The translations under genes were made by a program, and so were the position numbers. A DNA stretch of 64,000 nucleotides from Promethearchaeota archaeon (GTDB lineage: Archaea; Asgardarchaeota; Lokiarchaeia; Sigyniarchaeales; SOKP01): contig JAHPZE010000001.1 in assembly GCA_019058365.1 (NCBI GenBank), forward strand, positions 96,001 to 160,000, in the 5' to 3' direction. The notes below the pieces were generated by a model that worked only from the letters and a program-made list of their open reading frames with translations, searched no databases and was not told the origin of the DNA. The first letter of the stretch is position 1, and the number at the start of each line of letters is the position of its first letter. Below are positions 10,850-20,800 of the stretch, in pieces.

Positions 10850-11344
10850 TTACCTATCTGGTGCTTTTCTACCTAACCATTTTTCATAAAAAGTGTCAAT
10901 ATCAGGTAGAAAGTTAAATATTGTTGGATAGCCAGGAGGTACAGCTTCAACATCCAATAGTGTAAAACATCCTGGACAGAAATATTCTCTTAATTCCATC
11001 CATTCTGGATCACTTCCCATATGTCTAGGATAAAGTTCCTCAATTTCTTCAACCGTTTCTCTTACTCTTATGCGACATTTAGTTTTCCAATTCTCTCTAT
11101 AATCTCCAAATTCATATCCACAATCACATTTCACAATCCTCTCTCCTTCTTTCGAGACGATTTGAAGGTGTTCATGTAGGGGTAAAATTATCTTTTCTTT
11201 CCATGGCATGCGTTTTTGCAATATTTCTAGAATCAAATCGAATCTATTAGAATCTTTTCTTCCGCTTATTATTGGTTTTAGTTCACTCCATGGTAATTTT
11301 CCATCAACCATTCTTTCCAATGTTTTTTTATCATATGATACCAT
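10850..11344 (-). CDS. acxC: Acetone carboxylase gamma subunit
   Basis: KCDCGYEFGDYRENWK and REYFCPGC zinc motifs, PDIDTFY..WLG; last gene of the acx operon. Confidence 0.9.
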   Translation of the reverse strand: MVSYDKKTLERMVDGKLPWSELKPIISGRKDSNRFDLILEILQKRMPWKEKIILPLHEHLQIVSKEGERIVKCDCGYEFGDYRENWKTKCRIRVRETVEEIEELYPRHMGSDPEWMELREYFCPGCFTLLDVEAVPPGYPTIFNFLPDIDTFYEKWLGRKAPDR

Positions 11345-13558
11345 TCATTTCACCTCCATTTTAAAACCCTCAGGTAATTTCCAGAATTTTTTAAATTCCT
11401 TAGCCCAATTATTTGATAAATTGAGACTTTCTGTAAACATTAATTTCACAGGTTCACTTAACTTATTTTCAATTATTTTCTTTTTCTCTTTTTCCCAATA
11501 TTCTTCAAAAGTCATTGACTTTTCTCTTCTCTCTTTTTTTAGATCTTCTTTACGTTCCTTTGTAGCTATTTTATCTATCTCCCATTCTTTCTTTATCTCA
11601 CTATATTTGGCAATTACTCCATAGACATTTTTAACTATATTCTTAGTATAAAACCCATCATCAAGATCTTGCTTTATATGCCCAATTTCCCGCTCTAGGG
11701 GGTCTCCATATCCAGGACCACCACTCAAGAAATAATAGAAAAGATCATAGTTATCTAAAGTAATTGGGTAAATACTACAGTAAGGTTTTCGAGTTATATC
11801 TCCCTTTAATAATTGTTCAAATTCACCATTAGTAGGATCTGGATCTCCAAGTGGATATGTACTTCGATTTTTAATGATCTCTTCCATATTCGTATTTTTT
11901 GCATATAATCGATATCCAGTCGCGTTAGGATATCCCCCATGCATTCCTCCTGCTCCGTGGAATACTAAGCCTTCTCTGGCTCCAAAAAAATCGACATCCC
12001 TCGAATTAGCGACCATTCCTACGCCTTCATAATTTGCTCCTCCTCTATATTTACCATGTCCGGACAAATTAGGTTTAACTCTTCGTGATAAATAAGGTAC
12101 GCCTCCTTGAAATAATTCCCATGTTTCTACATCACCAAGATCTGATTCAGGATTCCACATTGCATATCCCCAATTTAAACCATCTCGAATAGCACTCGCA
12201 CCAAAACCTTGACCACTTATTTCAAAAGTTGATAATGACCATCTTTGTCCCATTAATGGTCCATCAGAATATATTCCACCACCTTGAATAGCATCTCCAG
12301 TAAAAGGATATCCTGAAACGACTTCCTCTCTATATCCTCGAGAAAATAACCCATAAGAGATACATTTCATCATTCCAGTATAAGCGGGAATTAAATTACC
12401 CCATGGAGCTTGGTATGACAAGTAGATATCACCTGGATTGCACCATGATCCTAAAGGATATTCCTTCTCTACTGCAAAATATGCTCCATCATTTACTTTA
12501 TCTGCATAAATTAATATTTGTGTTAAAAGAACCCATTGACCGCCTTCCATAGCACCTTTATCTGCATTCATACAATTAGGACCGGGACCACTCGCTCCAT
12601 CAAATGAAAGAGACATTTTGCCATCTTTTTTAATAATAATTTCCAATGGTTGGTTTGAAATTTTATCCATTCTGGCTCTTGGTTGCCATGCTTCTTCTTT
12701 TTGGGGCATATCCATGAAAGCAGCAGCTCTATATTTGCCTGGGATTAACCGTTCTTTTACTCTTTCTTGAAAAACTAAGCGACCTTCTTCGATTGCTTCC
12801 CTTATAAATTGCTTATAATAATCCAATCCCTCTCGTTCAATGAATTCCAACACAGCATCACGAATCATTAAATTTCCTGCAAGTCTACATTTTTCATCCA
12901 ACTCCCAGTACATAGGAGTTCTAACAGAACGTCGTGCACTTATTAAATGATCCTTCCAAATTCTATCATTAGAGCCAATCTTTCTACAAGTATAATATAC
13001 TCCATCGTCAAATCTTTGCATAGCAGGAACTAAATCATGCCCAGGTGTTATTCCTCCAGTATCAATTTGATGAGTTACTCCACCCGCCCAGCCCACCAAT
13101 TTACCTTCCCAAAAGATAGGTATTAGCGTTTGAACATCAGTAGTATGAACATTTCCGCACGCAGGATCATTATTGAGAAAAATATCACCATTATTAATTC
13201 CAGGGTCTTCTTCATAATCTTCTCTTATCATAAATTTTATTGCTTCACTCATAGTATGGACATGGACTAAAATTCCAGTGGACACAACAATAGAATCACC
13301 CTCAGGAGTATAAAGCGCAAAACATAATTCCCCAATCTCTTTAACGATCGGTGAAGCTGCTACATGTAATGCAGTTTCCCTCGCAGATACGAGTGCTCCC
13401 CTCAAGGAAGCATAGTTACGTTCAAATCGAAAAGGATCCTCTTCTTTTAATGAGAGTTTAGCAAGAGCATAATATTGACCTGATTCTTCGAATAGTTGTT
13501 CACTTTCTTCTAATATTTTTTTTAATGACTTTCCATTCCATCCTAATGATTTTTCCAT
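11345..13558 (-). CDS. acxB: Acetone carboxylase alpha subunit (hydantoinase B/oxoprolinase family)
   Basis: GWNGK, LRGALVSARETA..AASPIVKEIGELCF, GDIFLNND..GNVHTTD, THQIDTG, GGPGYGDPLER. Confidence 0.88.
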   Translation of the reverse strand: MEKSLGWNGKSLKKILEESEQLFEESGQYYALAKLSLKEEDPFRFERNYASLRGALVSARETALHVAASPIVKEIGELCFALYTPEGDSIVVSTGILVHVHTMSEAIKFMIREDYEEDPGINNGDIFLNNDPACGNVHTTDVQTLIPIFWEGKLVGWAGGVTHQIDTGGITPGHDLVPAMQRFDDGVYYTCRKIGSNDRIWKDHLISARRSVRTPMYWELDEKCRLAGNLMIRDAVLEFIEREGLDYYKQFIREAIEEGRLVFQERVKERLIPGKYRAAAFMDMPQKEEAWQPRARMDKISNQPLEIIIKKDGKMSLSFDGASGPGPNCMNADKGAMEGGQWVLLTQILIYADKVNDGAYFAVEKEYPLGSWCNPGDIYLSYQAPWGNLIPAYTGMMKCISYGLFSRGYREEVVSGYPFTGDAIQGGGIYSDGPLMGQRWSLSTFEISGQGFGASAIRDGLNWGYAMWNPESDLGDVETWELFQGGVPYLSRRVKPNLSGHGKYRGGANYEGVGMVANSRDVDFFGAREGLVFHGAGGMHGGYPNATGYRLYAKNTNMEEIIKNRSTYPLGDPDPTNGEFEQLLKGDITRKPYCSIYPITLDNYDLFYYFLSGGPGYGDPLEREIGHIKQDLDDGFYTKNIVKNVYGVIAKYSEIKKEWEIDKIATKERKEDLKKERREKSMTFEEYWEKEKKKIIENKLSEPVKLMFTESLNLSNNWAKEFKKFWKLPEGFKMEVK
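11350..11357 (-). promoter_or_regulatory. Shine-Dalgarno GGAGGTGA for acxC, inside the acxB 3' end
   Basis: Minus strand reads atGGAGGTGAaatgaATG. Confidence 0.75.
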
Positions 13559-15729
13559 TATGGTTTCACCTCCATATGAAATATCCTATGTTTATCGATT
13601 TTTACTTTAAAACCCGGAGGAATAACTAGAGTTGTAGCTGGTGCTTCAACAATAGAGGGACCTTGAATTATATTTCCGGATTTAATTAATGCCATTTCCC
13701 ATAAAGACGCTTCATACCATTTATTATCCCAATAAATATCTCTCGTTCCTTTAGAAGCATTGTCATTTGGTTTTTCTGTACTTATATCTTGTTCAGGTAA
13801 CTTAGGTTTAGGTACAGGGACTATTCCTGTGCCAATGCATTTAGTTATATGGTATCCTAACTCTGGACTCTTAGTTCCTCTTTTAAAAATTTGTTCAAAA
13901 AGATCATCATAACGACGAGTGATATCTTCCAGCTCAGGTGAATCGTATCTCTGCAACTCAGACGAATAATCAATAATTAATTCTTCTACTGGAGATTGTA
14001 CTTCTAGATCATCTAACATTCCGAAATATTGTAAACGTAGAGAAGGTTTAAAAATCATCTCACTAGGATCTCTCCCTTCAGCCTCAAATTCTTTTATAAT
14101 ACTGTTTTTTAATTCTTTCCAAGTTGAACTAAGTATAGAAGCTACAAATCCTATCATACTTCCATCTGGAGGAATAATTAAATCAACTGATTTTTCATGT
14201 CTATATGAATGGTCTGCACATGCACATCCAAAAGCTGAGAAAGCAGGTGCCCATTCTGGTATCAATATATCTTGAAAGTTTAAACCTCTTGAATAACCCG
14301 CTACATGTAAAGGACCTCCACCACCAAATGAGATTAATGTGTAATTTTCAGGTCTAAATCCTAATCCTTGGATCATTCCATTGAGATGGTTTTTCATATT
14401 AATTTCAATGAGATCTAAAGCACCTCGAGCTGTATCATAAGGATCTGCTTTAAAAGGGGCGGCTAATTGTTGTTCAATATATTTATATGCTCTATCTTTA
14501 TTCAATAAAACTTTACCACCAAGAAAATATTCTGGATTAAGATAACCTAATATTAAACTACAATCAGTCATTGTAACTGTCTCTACACCAGATTCTTCAT
14601 TACAAACGCCTATTTTATAACCAGCACTCTCAGGTCCAAACTCCAATCTACCTGAGACATCATTATATCTTACATACATGCCTGTACCTGCTCCTATTGA
14701 ATCTAAAGCGATCATAGGAATATTTAAAATAAATCTTCCAAGTGAACTTTCCCATTTGGTGGGAACATATCGCTCCATAACTAATCCAACGTCAAAACTA
14801 GTTCCTCCAACGTCGCTAGATACAAGATTTTTTATCCCATATTTTTCAGAAATGAACCTTGTACCAATCATACCTCCAATTGGACCTGAGACCATAGTTG
14901 GAATAAGTGTTTTATGATAGGGTGATATTGTTCCCCCATATGTAGTTAAGATTCTTAAAGGAGCAGGAACTCCTTTCTTATTCATTGTTTCAGCTATTTT
15001 TATTAATTGCTTTCTAGAAGGTTCTGCAGCATATTGTTCAATAATAAGAGCATTTAATCTTGGTGTTTCTCCTCTTACAGGGTTGTGTTCACATGATAAA
15101 ATAATAGGAATCTCTTTATTTTTTTCTTTCATTATCTTTTCAGCTATCGTTTTTACTTGTAATTCATGGCTAGAATTCATATACGAACAAAGTAAACATA
15201 TACAAATGCTATCAACATTCATATCAAGTAATTCTTCAACAGCTTTCTTAGCTTCCTCTTTATAGAGAGGAATCAATTCATCCCCCCAAAAATTAATTCT
15301 TCCACGGACACCTTTAATCTGTTTTCTTGGTATTAAAGGTTCTGGATGTTCATGTTCTCTAGCATGTAAGCGTCCTCCATAGTCTAAATAGATCCAGCAT
15401 TGTAAAGCTCGACCAAGTCTATGTAAATCTTCAAATCCAGCATTAACAATTACCCCTATGTTACTATTACCTTGTCGCTCTAAAAGTCTATTTACCATAG
15501 CTGTACCAGAATACACTAAAGCTTCAATCGAATGACCAGATACTCCTATAGAGGTATTCCATTGTTCTAATGCGTCTCCAATAGAATCTAAAATACCATC
15601 AGATTCGTTATCTGGTGTTGTTTGAGCTTTTCCAACCACAAATACGCCTTCTTCATCAATTATGAAAGTATCTGACATTGTACCTCCGGTATCAAAAGCC
15701 ATAGCCACTAATTTTTTTGATTTCGACAT
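13558..15729 (-). CDS. acxA: Acetone carboxylase beta subunit (hydantoinase A/oxoprolinase ATPase family)
   Basis: DTGGTMSDTF, GKAQTTP, SGPIGG, DVGGTSFD, SIGAGTG, FGGGGPLH; TAATG overlap with acxB. Confidence 0.88.
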   Translation of the reverse strand: MSKSKKLVAMAFDTGGTMSDTFIIDEEGVFVVGKAQTTPDNESDGILDSIGDALEQWNTSIGVSGHSIEALVYSGTAMVNRLLERQGNSNIGVIVNAGFEDLHRLGRALQCWIYLDYGGRLHAREHEHPEPLIPRKQIKGVRGRINFWGDELIPLYKEEAKKAVEELLDMNVDSICICLLCSYMNSSHELQVKTIAEKIMKEKNKEIPIILSCEHNPVRGETPRLNALIIEQYAAEPSRKQLIKIAETMNKKGVPAPLRILTTYGGTISPYHKTLIPTMVSGPIGGMIGTRFISEKYGIKNLVSSDVGGTSFDVGLVMERYVPTKWESSLGRFILNIPMIALDSIGAGTGMYVRYNDVSGRLEFGPESAGYKIGVCNEESGVETVTMTDCSLILGYLNPEYFLGGKVLLNKDRAYKYIEQQLAAPFKADPYDTARGALDLIEINMKNHLNGMIQGLGFRPENYTLISFGGGGPLHVAGYSRGLNFQDILIPEWAPAFSAFGCACADHSYRHEKSVDLIIPPDGSMIGFVASILSSTWKELKNSIIKEFEAEGRDPSEMIFKPSLRLQYFGMLDDLEVQSPVEELIIDYSSELQRYDSPELEDITRRYDDLFEQIFKRGTKSPELGYHITKCIGTGIVPVPKPKLPEQDISTEKPNDNASKGTRDIYWDNKWYEASLWEMALIKSGNIIQGPSIVEAPATTLVIPPGFKVKIDKHRIFHMEVKP
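13566..13573 (-). promoter_or_regulatory. Shine-Dalgarno GGAGGTGA for acxB, inside the acxA 3' end
   Basis: Minus strand reads atGGAGGTGAaaccataATG. Confidence 0.75.
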
Positions 15730-15840
15730 AAAATTTCACCTATTTTCTAAATTATAATGTGACAATTCTAATATTCATTTGAATTATTTAAGTCTTTAAT
15801 TTTTATAAACATAAAAATAAGATGAGAAATTTGATCCATT

Positions 15841-16950
15841 ATGATTAATACTTTTTATAGAAAATTAGCAAAACTAGCAATAAACTATGCGGTTAAAGTA
15901 AAGAAGGGAGAGAGAATCTTCATTACAGGCCCTGCTTTAGCACAAGAGCTTTTTCAAGCTATGTATATTGAAACTATCAAAGCTGGGGGTTATCCTCTTC
16001 TTAATGTTCAAATTGAAGGAATTCAGGAATTAAAATTGAAATACTCATCTGAAGAACAATTACTTTACGTAGATCCTATTCAAAAGTCGATTATGAAAGA
16101 ATTTGATTCATATATTGTAATATCTGGAGATTATAATACACGTAAAATGAGTTTAGTTGATCCAAAATTGATAACAAAGGTTCAAGGATCACCAGCTAAT
16201 AAAGAACTTTGGGACATCTTGATGGGAAGAATGGGTAAAAAAGAATTAAGATATCTTCTTATACCTTTCCCATGCAATTCATTTGCTCAAGAAGCTAATA
16301 TGGATTTATTCTCTTATTTTGAGTTTATGAAAAAAGCATTGTTCTTAGATAAAGAAGACCCCGTTAAAGAATGGTTACAGACTGAAAAAAAACAAGAAGT
16401 TATTTGTAACTATTTAAAAGGTACTGAACAAATCCATGTAAATGGTGAAGATACTAATTTGACAATGTCAGTTAAGGGGAGACTTTGGCTAAATGATTGT
16501 GGTCATATTAATTTACCCGCTGGTGAGATATATACTGCACCGATTGAAAATTCTGTAAACGGTCATATTCGATTTACATATCCCGGTATATTTCAAGGGA
16601 AAGAAATCCAGAATATATATTTGGAGTTCAAAGATGGAAAAGTAATAAAATCCTCAGCAGATAAGGGCGAAGACTTATTAAAAGAATTATTAAAGATTGA
16701 TAATGCTGATATATTAGGTGAATTTGCTATAGGGACTAATTATGGTATTACTAAATTTACAAAAAACATGCTTTTTGATGAAAAATTGGGAGGGACAATT
16801 CATTGCGCCCTTGGATCTGGAATTGAAGATGCGGGTTCAAAAAATAGGTGCGGGATACATTGGGATATTTTAAAAGACATGACACTCCCTGGTTCCAAAA
16901 TAATAGCTGATGATAAAGTTATTTATGAAGAAGGTAAGTGGAATCTCTAA
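15841..16950 (+). CDS. Aminopeptidase, M29 family (AmpS/AmpT)
   Basis: KLAKLAINYAV, NLPAGEIYTAP, LGEFAIGTN, LFDEKLGGTIHCALG, IHWD. Confidence 0.92.
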   Translation: MINTFYRKLAKLAINYAVKVKKGERIFITGPALAQELFQAMYIETIKAGGYPLLNVQIEGIQELKLKYSSEEQLLYVDPIQKSIMKEFDSYIVISGDYNTRKMSLVDPKLITKVQGSPANKELWDILMGRMGKKELRYLLIPFPCNSFAQEANMDLFSYFEFMKKALFLDKEDPVKEWLQTEKKQEVICNYLKGTEQIHVNGEDTNLTMSVKGRLWLNDCGHINLPAGEIYTAPIENSVNGHIRFTYPGIFQGKEIQNIYLEFKDGKVIKSSADKGEDLLKELLKIDNADILGEFAIGTNYGITKFTKNMLFDEKLGGTIHCALGSGIEDAGSKNRCGIHWDILKDMTLPGSKIIADDKVIYEEGKWNL

Positions 16951-17393
16951 ATTCTTTTTTATTTTTTTAAGCTATATTTAAGACTAAAAGTATTTTGATA
17001 GATCTAAATTACATAAAAAACATATAGATTAATGATAACATTTTGTAAAGTTAATTGATAATAGATTTTTAGAAATTTCTCATTAAATAATAAATTAAGA
17101 TCTTTTTTGTCGTTATTTTTCATTAAATTCTTGTTTTTTTGAATTGAAATGATACCCATATATTATATTGGAAAATAAAATAGCGGGAAGATTTAATATT
17201 AGAATATCATAAATTTTTTTACACACAAAATATTTGCATTCAAATTTTAAGATTTATGAGTATATGGGGGTCAATAAATAGAATATATAATAAATTTGTG
17301 CGGAATATCATCACACAAAATAAATAAAATAAATTGGCTTAAAAATAACTTTTAAGTTTAAATAATTACATCATAAGAAAAAGCTAGGGAAAG

Positions 17394-17708
17394 ATGAAGA
17401 TCAACATTAATAGCGATGATTTGGAATTAGAGTGTTATTCGAAAATTATTGATTTTTTCCAAAAAGAGAAAATTAGCCAAGAGGAGACAGAGATTTGGAA
17501 AAATAAATCAATAATAGAGCTCATGAACTATCTTGAACGCACCCATAATCGAACTCTAGTAACAAATGCCCTCATTTTATTATTATCTCTATTTGAAGAT
17601 ATTCCTCCTGATACTTACAATAATCGTGGTGTCAATATAAACCATATGTCAGAAAAAGATAAAAGAACTATGATTGAAGATTTAAAAGAGGAATTCTTGC
17701 CTAATTAA
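17394..17708 (+). CDS. Hypothetical protein
   Basis: 104-aa helical-looking ORF; no motif recognised. Confidence 0.6.
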   Translation: MKININSDDLELECYSKIIDFFQKEKISQEETEIWKNKSIIELMNYLERTHNRTLVTNALILLLSLFEDIPPDTYNNRGVNINHMSEKDKRTMIEDLKEEFLPN

Positions 17709-17864
17709 ATAAAAAGAATGGTTTACATTTTTGATAAACAGTTTTTAATTCTTTAGAAATTTTAGATAGTGCTATGAGATTAGAGTAACAATCATTTAAA
17801 TTTATGAAATTATATTTTTATTACATAAAAATATCAGATAGTTTCTTTAATTAAGGGGATACAT

Positions 17865-20800
17865 TTGCATAGGAACTTTACAAAAAAGATTATAAAAAAC
17901 AAATATAGTAAGACTGGTTCTATAGCCTTTATTTTTTTTCTAATTCTTTTAACAAATACTAATATATTCCATAATTTTAATCAAAGTAATCTAAATTATG
18001 ACAAAACAGATGATTCTACCCGTTATGACAAAAAACTCAAAAGTGCTAATGGAGACGACATTTTATTTGAAGGATCAGAATTACCATTAGTAATTAACGA
18101 TACAGGAAATCTTTATGATTTCAATCAAGAAATTTTTGTATCAAATCAAGTAGAAACCAATATATCTTATTATTTGGATGATGTTCACGAATGGAAAGCA
18201 TCAAAAATTCAAACTAATATAAAAAACATTTATGATACAAGAGAATGGGTTCAAAATAATGATTTTTATGAATTAGATACTCCATTTAGAAATTATACAT
18301 CTTTTCAGAATAAAGACCCTTCTGGATTTCCTCCCCATAATTATAGTGATAATTTAGATAATGACCCCATTAACCCTTCAAATATTCATAGCACAATTAA
18401 TGAGAATGGTGCTAGTGCTATGAGATTACACTTTTTAAATATAGAAATTGAAACTGATTGGGATTTACTTTATATATATGATGCTAACAATATTTTGCAG
18501 TTTACGTTTACAGGGAAGGCAACTGATTTTTATAGTCCTTGGATTGCTTCTGATACTCTAAAGATTACAATTAACTCAGATGGTTCAATAGAATGGTATG
18601 GCTATAATATTGATTATTTTGAATTCTACAATACAAGCACAAATTATTTCGATTATAATAATTCTTGGGGATATAATAATAGAAGTTTGACGGGTAATTT
18701 CGGTCCTGGTGAAATTAATAACAATACAGCCATGTACGTGTCTTTAATAGGTGAACCTTTTAGAGATGGAAAAATGGGTGCAACCTATTATGAAAACGAG
18801 TTCGCTGAGATATATCAAAACCTAAATATACCAAGAGGATCTGTCATTAATGCTTATATTAAATTTGACTATTATGCAGAGTATGCAATGGATTCTAATG
18901 AGAATTTTATCTATTGTGAAATAAATAATAAAAAAATATTTTCAAAAGGATTAGGAGATATAGTTGACTCAGGAAAAAATATTTGGCATAGTTCAGGAAG
19001 TATAAACATAGATTTATGGTCTAATACATCAGTAATTTTTAATACCATTCAAGAAAATTATAACTTTAATATATCGGTGGGTATCATGAGTGGTGCTTCC
19101 GTTTCTTATTCAGGATTTGATGATAGATTCCAACAATTTTTCTGGTTTGATAACATTTCTTTAATACTAACTACAATTTGTAACTCTACTCAAAGTGATA
19201 TAAATATTACTATTAATGGGAAAAATCTTCTTGATAATAATTACTGGGGTAAATCTTATCGAAATTTTACTGGGATTTGGGATTCAAATCCTATAATTTT
19301 AACAGTGCAGACTTCATCTCCTTTTCTAAATTTTGAATTAGATACAACTATTTATGGTTATCATGAGACTACTTCAAGAGTAGGACAAACAACACAAGAA
19401 GGAGTACATTTTCAAATCTTAGAAAATGGTTCTGTATACTGGGAATTTACACACAATTTCTATATGCCTTCTCAATATTCTGATTTTGAATTTGAGATAA
19501 ACAAACCAGTTAATTGGAAATTTATTTCGGTTTTAGATCCAACACTTCAAGCAAGAACATTTGAGGGTGGAAATGAAGGGGATACTTTTTTGAAGATTAA
19601 TAAAACTGAAGCTAATTTTCCAGGTTGGTGGACTTTTAAAGCAATATCTCCCAATTATCTTAATATATCTAATACAAAAACATCTAAGAATGGACAATGG
19701 GGAATAAGAAATTTTTACACAGGAGATTCCATAAGAATCAAGTCTCAAATAAATTTTTCTGAAGAGATTCCTCCTAATATAGATTCAACTTTCGTAGATT
19801 TAAAGATTTATTATCCAAATGGAACATTATGGTATCAAGAATCAATTGCGCCCTATTCAAATGGAACCGTTATATTTTCAAACTTATCCTTTACTCAGCA
19901 AAATTTTATTGGAGGGCAGTATAATTATACACTTTTTTGGAGTAATGGAACAGCAATAGGAGGTTTAACATCATTTTTTACACTCATTCATAATAATACA
20001 ATGGTCCTAATAAAACCCGATGATGCTGTTTCAGATTTAACTACTGAAGCATTCATAGGTGATATTATTCCGTTAAGGATTCAATTGAAGGATATTGAAA
20101 ATAATAAGGTAATTACTGGCGCAATAATTACTTATAATTGGTCAACTGGTTTAAAAATCATCACAGAAGCTGCTTCTGGAATCTATGAGGCAATTTTAGA
20201 TACTTCAGAACTTGGTTCGAATGGATTTTATGAGATATTTATTAATTCATCAAAAATTGGATTTAAAAACTATAATATGACACTTAGAATCAATTTACTA
20301 GAAGAAACTAATCTATTACGTCTAGATTCAGAATATTATATCGAATTACATGATAATAGTACATTCAAATACAGTTATACCAATTCCATAGAAGAGGGAA
20401 TTGCAGGAGCGACAATAAATTTGAATATTGATCTTGAATATTATAATATTATCGATCATCTAGATGGAAATTATACAATAGAATTTGATTCTTCATATAT
20501 AAATGAATTAGGAATATATCAGATAAAATTAAATTTCTCAGCTCCAGCTTTTGAAATACAGCGCACAATATTTCAATTTGAAATAATTGAACAATCTGTT
20601 GATATTTCAGTTTATATAAAGAATCAAATAATACAAGAGAATTCTCTAATTGAAATAATGTTTAAAGAAAATATTGATATTTCTATAAGAATACTTGCTC
20701 AAATTGATAATGAATATCTTACTGGTGGAAATATTACATGGAATTCTAATAGTTTTTATAAGAAGATAGACGAAGAAGGAAATTTTTGGTTTAATGATTC

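Noticed and set aside
11342-11347. Selenocysteine read-through at the acxB TGA, given that Lokiarchaeia can use Sec
   Set aside because: acxC has its own strong SD and ATG, the position is not an obvious conserved Cys site, and I could not identify a SECIS.
16951-17393. 443-nt intergenic gap with short repeats (CACACAAAATA twice, GAATATCAT twice)
   Set aside because: Very AT-rich with no regular spacing, so not a CRISPR array, tRNA or convincing structured RNA.
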